From Salinispira sp. (lineage in GTDB: Bacteria; Spirochaetota; Spirochaetia; DSM-27196; Salinispiraceae): 64,000 bases of DNA. Positions within the stretch are counted from its first letter, which is position 1; each line of letters opens with the position of its first letter. Made by a program: the position numbers and the translations under genes. The notes beneath the pieces were generated by a model that was not told the origin of the DNA, made no database searches, and worked only from the letters and a program-made list of their open reading frames with translations. The DNA lies in assembly GCA_965226555.1 (NCBI GenBank), contig CBDDDG010000014.1:64001-128000 (forward strand). Reading direction: 5' to 3'. This document shows, piece by piece, positions 31,849 through 41,779 of the stretch.

Positions 31849-32671
31849 GCCTGTCGGCGATCCAATTAAAACCGAGTACCAAATTCGTATGCTCGCGCAG
31901 GCTGCGGAAATTTTGTTTGAACTGTTTTCTGAAATTGAAGCACTTATCAGGCCGGGCTGCACCGGCATTGAGGTACAGGATCATGCCCTCCAATACTTCA
32001 CACAGAAAAATGCCGTGTCGGCACTGAGAAATTACCGGGGGTTTCATGCCGATATTTCCATTTCCGTAAATGATACAGCGGCGCATGGTCTTCCGAACGC
32101 GCGGGCATTTAAACAGGGCGATATTGTAACTGTTGACAGCGCAATATTGTACAGAGGATATTATGGAGATATGGCATGGACCTTCGGTATACCGCCAATT
32201 GGTGTAAACGGCAGGCGTCTCATTGCGGCTGCATGGAGGTCCTGCATAGCAGGATGTCTGAAATTGCAGGCAGGAAGCTCAATGGCCGCTCTCGGAAATA
32301 CCGTCATTAATACTGCGGAAACTCTCGGCGGCCGTGTTGTTAACGAATTCTGCGGCCACGGCATTGGACGCAATCTTCATGAAGCTCCGCTCATACCCTA
32401 TATCTCAAAACCCCATACCGCAGAAAACAGTGAGGAATGGAAATTTCGAAGGGCTATGGTTCTGAATGTTGAACCTGTCGTTACCTTTGACGATCCATCC
32501 ATCATTCAATCGGATGATGGAATGAGCTATATAATAAAGAACGGGAACGCTGCCGCGCAGTTTGAACTGACCTGCGCCATTACCGACAACGAACCCCGTT
32601 TTCTGAGTTTACCCGGCATGAGTATTACCGATAATCTTGAATATCCGCCGCGCCTGCATTCAGAGCTATGA
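31841..32671 (+). CDS. map: Methionine aminopeptidase type I
   Basis: SVND..AHGLP, GDIVTVD, GYYGD, GHGIGRNLHEAP, NVEP. Confidence 0.9.
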   Translation: MTEPVGDPIKTEYQIRMLAQAAEILFELFSEIEALIRPGCTGIEVQDHALQYFTQKNAVSALRNYRGFHADISISVNDTAAHGLPNARAFKQGDIVTVDSAILYRGYYGDMAWTFGIPPIGVNGRRLIAAAWRSCIAGCLKLQAGSSMAALGNTVINTAETLGGRVVNEFCGHGIGRNLHEAPLIPYISKPHTAENSEEWKFRRAMVLNVEPVVTFDDPSIIQSDDGMSYIIKNGNAAAQFELTCAITDNEPRFLSLPGMSITDNLEYPPRLHSEL

Positions 32672-32705
32672 AAGCCATGAACAGCTATGCTGAAGGGAGA
32701 TAAAA

Positions 32706-33272
32706 ATGCTTGTACTTATTCGTCATGCAAAATCAAGCTGGACCCATGAGGGTCTGAGCGATTTCGAACGCCCGCTTAATGAACGGGGCAGGGAAGATAT
32801 CATTGTCATGGCAGAACATTTGTCGGAACATGCGCCATGTCCGCGGCAGTTTCTGAGCAGCGCAGCCGAACGGGCCATGGAAACATCCAGTGGTCTTATT
32901 AGGGAAATGAATTGCGCATCGCTCCAACCCGATGTACTAAACGAATTGTATATGGCCTCCGCCGATGAAATTCTCCATACGATTCAGCGGAGGGGCAGGG
33001 CTGAAGTTCTCTATGTGTGCGCCCATAATCCTGGAGTAAGTCAGTTTCTGAAGAGGATAATCGGCTCGGATGCCGAACCGCTCAGTACACTGGGAACGGT
33101 ACTATGCGATCACGATGGCCCCTGGGAACATGCGCAATGGGAAAACCTGCGGGTCAGGGAAATTTTCAGCCCTGCCAGCCTCCGAGCCGGCGCGGGCAAG
33201 CGATCCGGCTCGGGCAAGCAATCGGGCGCGGGCAAGCAATCCGGCGCGGAACCGCGATCGGGCAAAGCCTAA
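32706..33272 (+). CDS. SixA-like histidine phosphatase with an 18-bp repeat tail
   Basis: LIRHAKSSW, DFERPLNERG, SSAAERA, HNPG. Confidence 0.9.
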   Translation: MLVLIRHAKSSWTHEGLSDFERPLNERGREDIIVMAEHLSEHAPCPRQFLSSAAERAMETSSGLIREMNCASLQPDVLNELYMASADEILHTIQRRGRAEVLYVCAHNPGVSQFLKRIIGSDAEPLSTLGTVLCDHDGPWEHAQWENLRVREIFSPASLRAGAGKRSGSGKQSGAGKQSGAEPRSGKA

Positions 33273-33285
33273 GAGCGGGTATTCT

Positions 33286-34422
33286 GTGGAATTTCGTATC
33301 TTGCAGAGTATGGACGATATCCATGCTTCCGAATGGCAGAGCCTCGTTGCTCCCGAGACCAGCCCCTTTCTGGAGTATCCTTGGCTCCATGCCTGCGAAC
33401 ATTCAGGTTCCATGGTTCCCGAAACCGGGTGGCAGTGCAGCCACCTCATTGGCTTTCGGTCCTCTGAAGATGCCGAAAAATGTATGAAGCCCATACTCAT
33501 TCTCCCGATCTACATAAAAAACCATAGCTGGGGCGAGTTTGTGTTCGATTTTGCCTGGGCCGATCTTGCCTCCCAGTTGGGAAAACAGTACTACCCGAAG
33601 GCAGTTGGGCTCATTCCTGCGACTCCTGTTACCGCATACCGCCCCCTCATTGCCGAAGGCTGCGGACATGCCATTGAACCTGCCATTCATTTCCTGCGCG
33701 CAGAGCTGGAGGCAGCGGGAGTGAATAGCCTGTCGTTTCTCTTTGTTACTTCGGAGTTCTCCCGTATTCTGGAATCTCTGGGTTTTAATCGTTGGGTTCA
33801 TCAGGGCTTCAGGTGGTTCAGGAATGAGCAGAGGAGCTTCGACGACTATTTGGCAGGGTTCAAAAAAAATCAACGTAAAAATATCCGAAAAGAACGCAGG
33901 AGCGTGGAAGAAAACGAACTGAGGGTAGTTTATAACAGCGGGAGCGATCTTAGCAATGCCGTTGCCGCCGATATGTATGCTCTGTATTCCGCAACGAATG
34001 CCCGCTTCGGTATGTGGGCTGCAAAATTTTTTAATGAGGCCTTTTTTAAGGAGATATTCCGAACATTTTCCGAAAACATTATTATTATAAGCGCAGTGAA
34101 TGGTACTGCTGTCGGCCGCTCAATGCTGGTCTGCAAAAATAAAAAGCTTTTCGGCCGCTATTGGGGCGCTCACAGGTTTGTAAAAAATCTTCATTTTAAT
34201 CTCTGTTACTACGAGCCCATTAATTTTGCCATTCGCAGCACATTTCATTCCTTCGATCCCGGAATGGGGGGCGAACATAAGAGCAGGCGCGGGTTTATGG
34301 CCATTGAACAGTACAGCATGCATGGTTTTTTCGATCCTCTGCTGGAAAAATTCTTTGCCGGCAACATTCACCGCTTCAATACCTATGCCCGGCATCAGAT
34401 CGACCAGCTGAACGGGAAATGA
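33286..34422 (+). CDS. FemAB-like/GNAT family protein (DUF482-like); start approximate
   Basis: PFL..WL..CE.SG, HSWGEFVFDFAWA, YYPK, LFGRYWG, LHFNLCYY, GEHK.RRGF. Confidence 0.88.
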   Translation: MEFRILQSMDDIHASEWQSLVAPETSPFLEYPWLHACEHSGSMVPETGWQCSHLIGFRSSEDAEKCMKPILILPIYIKNHSWGEFVFDFAWADLASQLGKQYYPKAVGLIPATPVTAYRPLIAEGCGHAIEPAIHFLRAELEAAGVNSLSFLFVTSEFSRILESLGFNRWVHQGFRWFRNEQRSFDDYLAGFKKNQRKNIRKERRSVEENELRVVYNSGSDLSNAVAADMYALYSATNARFGMWAAKFFNEAFFKEIFRTFSENIIIISAVNGTAVGRSMLVCKNKKLFGRYWGAHRFVKNLHFNLCYYEPINFAIRSTFHSFDPGMGGEHKSRRGFMAIEQYSMHGFFDPLLEKFFAGNIHRFNTYARHQIDQLNGK

Positions 34423-34678
34423 ATAATAAAATTCATGCGGATAGTGAGAAAGTTTCTATTTGAGACCATTGCATAATCCATGGTTTTATTGATGTAGGGA
34501 AGGATGATAAAAATTTGAGATAAAGTGATGGGATGATGCGGGAAAAACGGGGTGATAACACCATCTGAGCACCTGCGAAGGATCGCATTTCGCTCATTTT
34601 CGACCGTTTCTCCGCTGGTTTTCGTCTTTCGGGCGTCTGTTGCCGGTCGGCTTCTGCCGTTTGTCCCGAATGCGGTCG

Positions 34679-35812
34679 CTAAGCCGCCCATTTTCCCTGT
34701 TTCTGCAATTCCAAAATCTTCGGTACCCGTTTCAAATTATACGCAATAGCAGACAACAGATGCTGCGTATGCGCTTTTGTTATTCCGACATAGCGGGTTC
34801 TCCCCCCGCCAAACCATTGGTGCATTCCTCCGAATGTGCGTTCTATTTTGTACCGTCCGCGCTGTATCTCTTTGTTCCTCAGTTTCTGCTCCGCGGTCAA
34901 TTGCTTCTTCTTCTCACCCTTCTTCGCTCTGGCTACCTTCCACATAATGCCGTCTTTCAGCTTTCTCTTCTTCAGCGCCGCTCGGTTCTTCGTGCTTGTA
35001 TATCCTTTGTCCGCCTGCACTTCTACGTTCTCATCCAATTGCCCCTTATCGAGTAGCGTTTCAAACACCGTACTGTCATGGACATTCGCCGGGGCTGGTC
35101 GGAGGCTGCGCCTCCTGCTCGCCCATGCGTCCGGGGTGGTCTCGACCGCTACCATAAGCCCATTGTCATCGGCAAGACAATGCTTCTTCGCTCCAAAATG
35201 AAATTCCCCATTCTTTTTCGTCCACCTCATATCGGTATCTACTCTGTCCGCAAACTTCTCCGGTTCCCGCTCTAAGGATTTATTATCCGATTGAGCGCAT
35301 TCATCACTGTCTGTGCGATCAACGATCCCGCGGGGTTTTCTCGGACTTCTGGTAATGCTCGCATCAACTTTAACCGCTTTCTTAATCATAATCCCCCGCG
35401 TTTCAAGCTGTCGGTTTATTTCATTAAGCAGTCGGTCAAAGATTCCCGCTTTCGTCATGGCTGTGCGAAAACGGCTGAGAACACTGTGATCCGGCACATC
35501 ATCTTCCACAATAAGACCGCAGAAATTCGATGCTCCCATGCTGTCATTCACCATATCTTCCACACCATAATCGCTGAGATCATTCCACATTCCCAATAGA
35601 AGCATTTTGAACAGCAGCAGGCCAGGGTAGGCAGCCCTGCCGACCGCGCTGCTTCCTCGGGTATCGTGTTCTGTAATAATTTCCTCAATGGGCTTCCAGT
35701 CGATAATCTGGTCAATTTTCCGATAGAAGGTGTTTTTCCGTGTACGTCTTTCCATACTGTCTGCGACAAATGACATAGTGTGCTCCTGAGATTTGATCAT
35801 GGTAAGGATCAT
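34679..35812 (-). CDS. IS5-family DDE transposase with a 14-aa in-frame insertion
   Basis: GRAAYP, PDHSVLSRFR, VDAS, FG.KKH, ADKGY, RYKIERTFG. Confidence 0.93.
   Translation of the reverse strand: MILTMIKSQEHTMSFVADSMERRTRKNTFYRKIDQIIDWKPIEEIITEHDTRGSSAVGRAAYPGLLLFKMLLLGMWNDLSDYGVEDMVNDSMGASNFCGLIVEDDVPDHSVLSRFRTAMTKAGIFDRLLNEINRQLETRGIMIKKAVKVDASITRSPRKPRGIVDRTDSDECAQSDNKSLEREPEKFADRVDTDMRWTKKNGEFHFGAKKHCLADDNGLMVAVETTPDAWASRRRSLRPAPANVHDSTVFETLLDKGQLDENVEVQADKGYTSTKNRAALKKRKLKDGIMWKVARAKKGEKKKQLTAEQKLRNKEIQRGRYKIERTFGGMHQWFGGGRTRYVGITKAHTQHLLSAIAYNLKRVPKILELQKQGKWAA
35089..35136. repeat. GC-rich miniature hairpin element with CCGGGG direct repeats
   Basis: CTGGTC-GGAGGC-tgc-GCCTCC-TGCTCGCCCATGCGT; relatives at about 2605-2672, 4081-4105, 40040-40068 and 41218-41252. 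Confidence 0.75.
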
Positions 35813-35960
35813 AGCATATATATGAGGACTGATTACAGCCAGAAAGCGAAAAATCGAAAGAAAAATTCAAAAAAGTTCATATGGGATGTTGACACTCTGG
35901 ATACATGAACGGTACTATAATATCACCGATGAGACTGTTGCCATGCAATGATCTCTATTT

Positions 35961-36086
35961 GAAAGTTTTGCAAAATGCAAAACTTTCTATAAAATAGGAG
36001 AATGCTAAGCACAAAGAAAGCATTCCAGATCGGAAACTTTTGCTACTGGAAATTGTGCAAGCACAATTTTCCAATGCAAAAGTTTC
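35961..36086. repeat. Composite palindromic element type 2 (palindrome + about 45-bp spacer + 54-bp palindrome)
   Basis: Same spacer (TAAAATAGGAGAATGCTAAGCACAAAGAAAGCATT) at 40614-40660. Confidence 0.8.
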
Positions 36087-36209
36087 TATTTGATATTTCT
36101 GATATTCCTGATATTGTGTTATACTTGGTAAGGAAGGGTTCTGCGCGTATCCGCAACAAAACATAAGCGGATTCTGTCCGACCCATCTTTTATAAAAAGG
36201 GGTATTAAA

Positions 36210-38154
36210 ATGATATGTAATTGTAATCCACTACGGAAAGTACAGGGAACTTTTCCTGTTTTTGTTGTCATGAGCGTGGTTCTCATCGCGTTACTTGCCG
36301 GATGTCCAATGCCGGAACCGGAACCCAATATGGGGGGGGGGGGGGGGTGATTCGACCCCGCCAGCCCAGATGGCTGCCCCAAGCCTTGAAGCGGGGAATA
36401 CGCAACTAACTGTTAACTGGACTCCGCCGACCGATACTGGCGGCAGCGACATTACCGCGTATGAACTTCGCCATAGCGATGACGGCGGGATCAGCTGGTC
36501 GGATATTATCGAAATCCCCGCGCCAGCCACAGAGACCATCATCACGAACCTGACAAACGGCACCGAATACGTCGTGCAGGTGCGCGCAGGGAACAGCGAT
36601 GGGCAAGGCGACTGGTCGGAATCGAGCGCAGAAGCAACCCCTATTACCGTTCCCACGAAGCCGAATAATTTTACGCTCGCAGCGGACGATATGCAAATTA
36701 CCGCAACATGGGCTGCGCCGACCGATACTGGCGGCAGTGCCATTACCCGCTATGAACGGCAACATCGCGAAGTTGGAGCAAGCGCGTGGGAAAATCCCGT
36801 TTCTATAGCTGCGGATGCAAACCCTCTGGAGTCCGTCATCACATCCCTGACAAACGGCACCGAGTACGAGGTGCGGGTCTACGCTGTCAATGAGCAGGGA
36901 AATGGAAACCCAGCGACTGACACCGCAACCCCTATTGGGCCTCCTGACGCGCCAACTGCTCTCACGCTCACAGCCGGAGACACCGAACTTGAGGGAGCAT
37001 GGACAGCGCCCAATGACAACGGCAGCCCCATTCTTCGCTATGAACTGCAATATCGCGAAGTTACCGACCCGGAAGGAAGTTGGCTGGATGTGACTACCGC
37101 TTCCGACATTACTGCCGCGAGCCGCACCATTACCGGGCTGACAAACGGCACCCCCTACCACGTACGGGTGCGCGCCGTCAACGCGGTGGGTAATGGCGGC
37201 TGGTCTGCGCCTGCAACGAGAAGACTGCTGCCTTCTGCGACACAGGTTCCCTTTGGTACGGCAGCCTCCGTCATTCTTTCGGCTGCTATTGACACCCAAA
37301 TTGCCGATGAGAGCCTCACCGTTACTGTGGCTCCGGCTACTACCCCAACTACGCCCGCAGATGTTACCTCCCCGACAGTTGACTCAAGTACCGGAGTTAT
37401 TACCGTTGCCGCAACGACAACTGCCGGAACATATGTGGTATCCGGCGCAACCGGAGGAGAAAACACGTTTACCGAAAAGTTTTATGTTACCGTGAGTCCT
37501 GCTGATAACGCTGCACTGGACGCCGCGGTAACTGCGGGAATAACAACCTGGGGCAATACTGCCGATCTCAACTACATTATTACCACGGCAATAACGGACA
37601 TGTCCGAGGTGTTCAAGGAGAAAAGAGAATTCAATGGCGACATTTCACTCTGGAATACTACAGCGGTAACAGATATGAGCCATATGTTCGATAAAGCAGA
37701 CGCATTCAATGGCGATATCTCTGGCTGGGATGTCAGCTCGGTAACGGATATGAGCAATATGTTCACGGACACAGACGCATTCAATGGCAATCTTAATGGA
37801 TGGAATGTCAGCTCGGTAACGGATATGAACAGTATGTTCAGTACCTCAGTATTCCATGGCGATATCTCGGGCTGGGATGCCAGCTCGGTAACAGATATGA
37901 GCCTTATGTTCTTTGGTGCAGGCCAATTCAATGGCGATATTTCCGGCTGGGATGTTAGTTCGGTAACGACTATGAGCTTTATGTTCTATGCTGCAAACGC
38001 ATTTACCGGCGATCTTGAGGAGTGGAAAGATCATTGGACGCCCGAAACTGGCAACAAGCTCAATGCTTCTGGCAAATATACCGGAACCAAAACAGATATG
38101 TTTACGGATTCCGGTGTGAACACCGAGAATGGGAATGTGCCGTCATGGTATTAG
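36210..38154 (+). CDS. FN3(x3) + DUF285 repeat(x5) lipoprotein; OFF frame at G16 tract (36332-36347)
   Basis: ATG36210 MICNCNPLRK..LLAGCPMPEPEPNMGGGGG then TGA; body continues in another frame; G15 or G18 restores it. Confidence 0.88.
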
Positions 38155-38326
38155 GAGCAGTTTCATAGCCCGCAGTAACTGTCGGGGTCTGCTCACATGT
38201 TTATTTCTCATTCTATTTGATATTTCTGATATTGTGTGCTATCCTCTAAGGAAGGGTTCGCGCGTATCCGCAATGAAACATAAGCGGATTCTGTCCGACC
38301 CATCTTTTATAAAAAAGGGTATTAAA

Positions 38327-39982
38327 ATGATATGTAATTGTAATCCACTACGGAAAGTACAGGGAACTTTTCCTGTATGTGTTGCAATAAGCGTGGTTCT
38401 CATCGCGTTACTTGCTGCATGTCCAATGCCGGAACCGGAACCGGAACCCAATATGGGAGGGGGTAATGTAAGCCCGCCAGCCCAGATGGCTGCCCCAAGC
38501 CTTGAAGCGGGGAATACGCAACTAAGGGCTACTTGGACTCCGCCGACCGATACTGGCAGCAGCGAAATTACCGCGTACCATGTGCAGCACAGAACAAGCG
38601 CCGCTAGCACGTGGTCAACGACTGATACAGATAACATCGCCACTATTACTCCCCCTGACGCAAGCTACACCATTACCGGGCTGACAAACGGTACCTCCTA
38701 CGATGTACGGGTGCGCGCTGTCAATGCTATCGGCACTGGAGGCTGGTCTGAATCCGCAACGGAAATGCCGACAATAATTTTATCGACACAGACTCCCGCG
38801 GGTACGGCAGCGACTGTAAGCCTTTCGGCTGATATCGATACCATTATTGCCGCTCAGAATCCAACCGTTTCATTGACCACCGTGGAACCGGGCACTCTCG
38901 CAATTAGTGCCTCAGGAGTCATTACGATCACCCCCGCAACTGCGCCCGCAGGGGTTACCGTTCCGACAGTTGATGCGGGTACCGGAGTTGTTACGGTTAC
39001 CACGAGTACAACGGCAGGAACATATCTGGTATACGGCACTGAATCCGGAGGCGCAAATATACTCTTTGCCGAATTTTTCTCTGTTACCGTGAGTCCTGCT
39101 GATAACACTGAACTGCAAACAGCGGTAAATACGGGAATTCAACTCTGGGGCGATACTGCCGATCTCAACTACATTATTACCACGGCAGTAACGAATATGA
39201 CCGAGGTGTTTAGTAGCGTATTCAATGGCGATATCTCACGCTGGAATGTCAGCTCGGTAACGAATATGTTCTATATGTTCAAGAGCGCAAGCGCATTCAA
39301 TGGCGATATCTCGGACTGGGATGTTAGCTCGGTAACGAGTATGTTCGGTATGTTCAATGAAGCACATGCATTCAATCAGAATATCTCCAGCTGGGATGTC
39401 AGCTCGGTAACGGATATGTCCTATATGTTCAGGGAGGCACGCGCATTCAATAGCGATATCTCCGGCTGGAATGTCAGCAAGGTAATGAATATGGCAGTTA
39501 TGTTCAATGAAGCACGCGCATTCAATGGCGATATCTCCAAATGGAAAACTGGCGCGGTAACGAGTATGACCTCTATGTTCAATAGTGCAAGCGCATTCAA
39601 TCAGAATATCTCCAGCTGGGATGTCAGCTCGGTAACGACTATGAACCATATGTTCGATAACGCAAGCGCATTCAATGGCGATATCTCGGAATGGAATGTC
39701 AGCAAGGTAACGTCTATGTCCTATATGTTCAGGGCTGCAAGCGCATTCAATGGCGATATCTCGGAATGGAATGTCAGCAAGGTAACGTCTATGTCCTATA
39801 TGTTCAGGGCTGCAAGCGCATTCAATCAAGATCTTGAGGACTGGAAAGATCATTGGTCGCCCGAAACTGGCAACAAGCTCAATGCTTCTGGCAAATATAC
39901 CGGAAACACAACAGATATGTTTGTGAATTCCGGTGTGGGCACTGGAATGGGACAGACAGCGTTTCCGTCATGGTATCAGTAG
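38327..39982 (+). CDS. FN3(x1) + DUF285 repeat(x8) lipoprotein, intact tandem paralog
   Basis: Same upstream region and signal (LLAAC); G-run interrupted (ATG GGA GGG GGT); last two repeats identical. Confidence 0.9.
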   Translation: MICNCNPLRKVQGTFPVCVAISVVLIALLAACPMPEPEPEPNMGGGNVSPPAQMAAPSLEAGNTQLRATWTPPTDTGSSEITAYHVQHRTSAASTWSTTDTDNIATITPPDASYTITGLTNGTSYDVRVRAVNAIGTGGWSESATEMPTIILSTQTPAGTAATVSLSADIDTIIAAQNPTVSLTTVEPGTLAISASGVITITPATAPAGVTVPTVDAGTGVVTVTTSTTAGTYLVYGTESGGANILFAEFFSVTVSPADNTELQTAVNTGIQLWGDTADLNYIITTAVTNMTEVFSSVFNGDISRWNVSSVTNMFYMFKSASAFNGDISDWDVSSVTSMFGMFNEAHAFNQNISSWDVSSVTDMSYMFREARAFNSDISGWNVSKVMNMAVMFNEARAFNGDISKWKTGAVTSMTSMFNSASAFNQNISSWDVSSVTTMNHMFDNASAFNGDISEWNVSKVTSMSYMFRAASAFNGDISEWNVSKVTSMSYMFRAASAFNQDLEDWKDHWSPETGNKLNASGKYTGNTTDMFVNSGVGTGMGQTAFPSWYQ

Positions 39983-40188
39983 TTTCATAGCCCGCATCGG
40001 CTATTGAAAAGTTACTATTCAACTCAGGCAGGAGCGGGGGTGGTCGGCGCTGCGCGCCATGCGGCGGGATCAGGTCAATAGAAACTTTTCCAATGCAAAA
40101 CTTTGTAATATCTCAAAATAATAGAAACTTTTTGAAAAAAATTTCTCATTTTGTCATTCATCATTCATATTTTACCCGTCTATATAGT

Positions 40189-41540
40189 ATGAGCGGAAAA
40201 TATATAGGAATGGTACACGACCAAAGTTGGAAATATGCTTTCGAAAATCCCCAGATATTCAGGGATTTCATATACTCATATTTCAACAAGGACCTCGCGC
40301 GGAGCATCGTTCCCGGGAGTATGCTGAGCATCAACCCTGAATTTATCCACAACCAAAGTTTTGCCTGAGGCAAAACTTTCTATACCTTGAGAGAATCAAG
40401 AATATAGATGAGAGAAAGCTCATTGGAAAATTTTGCAGAGCAAAATTTTCTGAGGCGAACTCAGGCATTCCATCTCCGATGTCATTTACAAAACTACGTG
40501 CCGTTTCAAAGATAGCGCGCGGAAACTGAAACCGCTTGATGTCTACTTCATCACCAAAGTTTTGCCACAACAAAGTTTTGCCTGAGGCAAAACTTTGTTG
40601 TGGCAAAACTTTCTAAAAATAGGAGAATGCTAAGCACAAAGAAAGCATTTCGAATCTGAAACTTTTGCTACTGGAAATTGCGCACGCGCAATTTTCCAAT
40701 GCAAAAGTTTTGTATTGAGTTTCAGTCGACAGTGGATAACAACATGCCCGGGAGAATCTACACATACGCCCAGCACTTATCCGAACGCATTTCCTCATCG
40801 GGGATTGAGGAAAGTGACTACCGTATAATCACCCTTGTGATCTACACCTGCTCTGGAGCGCCAATGACAAATTCTGACCCCCGCAAAATAGATTTTTCAT
40901 CATATCTTTACTTAGGCATTTGTATATCGAAAATCTTGGAACAATAGAAGAATACACAGAAGAAACAATCGCCATCCTCAACAATGTGGTACAGAATGAT
41001 ATTCCCGAAGAGAAAGATGTATTATATGACAAAGTTTTGCCTTGGAAAATTGCGCGTGCGCAATTTCCAGTAGCAAAACTTTCTATACCTGGAGAGAATC
41101 AAGAATATAGATGAGAGAACCCTCATTGGAAAATTGTGCAGAGCACAATTTTCTGTGAATGGATAATAAAGAGGTTTGATGGTAAGATAACTAGGGATGA
41201 AACAAAGAAACTATTTGCTGGTCGCGCTCCGCGCTGCTCGCCATGCAGCCGGCAGTAAAATCCTGATGAGGCAAAAACTATGTTGGTAGATCTTTTAGAT
41301 AAGCCATGGCGGGCAGGACTTGAGCAGGGACTTGAGCAGGGACTTGAGCAAGGGCGTGCTGAGCTCCAGCGTGAGCATGATCGAACCCAACGTGAGCAGG
41401 TACTCAAAATGCTTAAGGAGGGTCTATCGATGGACATTATTCATAAGATAACCGAGCTCAACGAGGATGAAATTCGAGCATTTCAGAAAAACGCCCGGAA
41501 AAACGGTAGTGAAAATAGCAGGGAAAACGGTAAAAAGTAA
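40189..41540 (+). pseudogene. Rpn nuclease (subtype A) interrupted by four miniature elements
   Basis: Pieces HDQSWKYAF / SDVIYK..VYFI / IEFQSTVDNNMPGRIYTY / DVLY-EWIIK separated by insertions at 40353-40452, 40553-40713, 41029-41155 and about 41218-41252. Confidence 0.85.
41280..41540 (+). CDS. Orphan RpnS-like small protein, 86 aa
   Basis: GAGG then ATG; GLEQ x3; MLKEGLS.DII.KITEL..DEI. Confidence 0.7.
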   Translation: MLVDLLDKPWRAGLEQGLEQGLEQGRAELQREHDRTQREQVLKMLKEGLSMDIIHKITELNEDEIRAFQKNARKNGSENSRENGKK

Positions 41541-41779
41541 AAGCGCAGCCGCGCATTGCCTCAGCAACTCCTATACGCGCCCATCACTTATCCAAACGCA
41601 TTACCCGATCGAATGATGCAAAGAACAACAATAAAGTTTTGCATTTTGCAAAACTTCATATATATTTGTTTTTTGGGATATAAAATGCTATGCTTATTAA
41701 TACAGATTATGTATAAGAAAGTTTTACTGCTGAAAATTGTGCTTTGCAAAACTTTCTATAACTGTTGAGGAGACATAAA

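Larger units (their letters stand above)
34462..35955 (-). mobile_element. IS5-family insertion sequence, 1494 bp
   Basis: TIR GAGA(C/T)CATTGCAT; TATTT TSD at 34457-61 and 35956-60. Confidence 0.92.

Noticed and set aside
33070..33285. Long overlap of the GNAT ORF with sixA (PARAS repeats)
   Set aside because: Alternative frame of the 18-bp repeat; homology begins near 33286
328..39853. Many antisense ORFs over the FN3/DUF285 genes (e.g. 36406-37299, 39236-39853)
   Set aside because: Shadow frames of repetitive coding DNA with no independent signals
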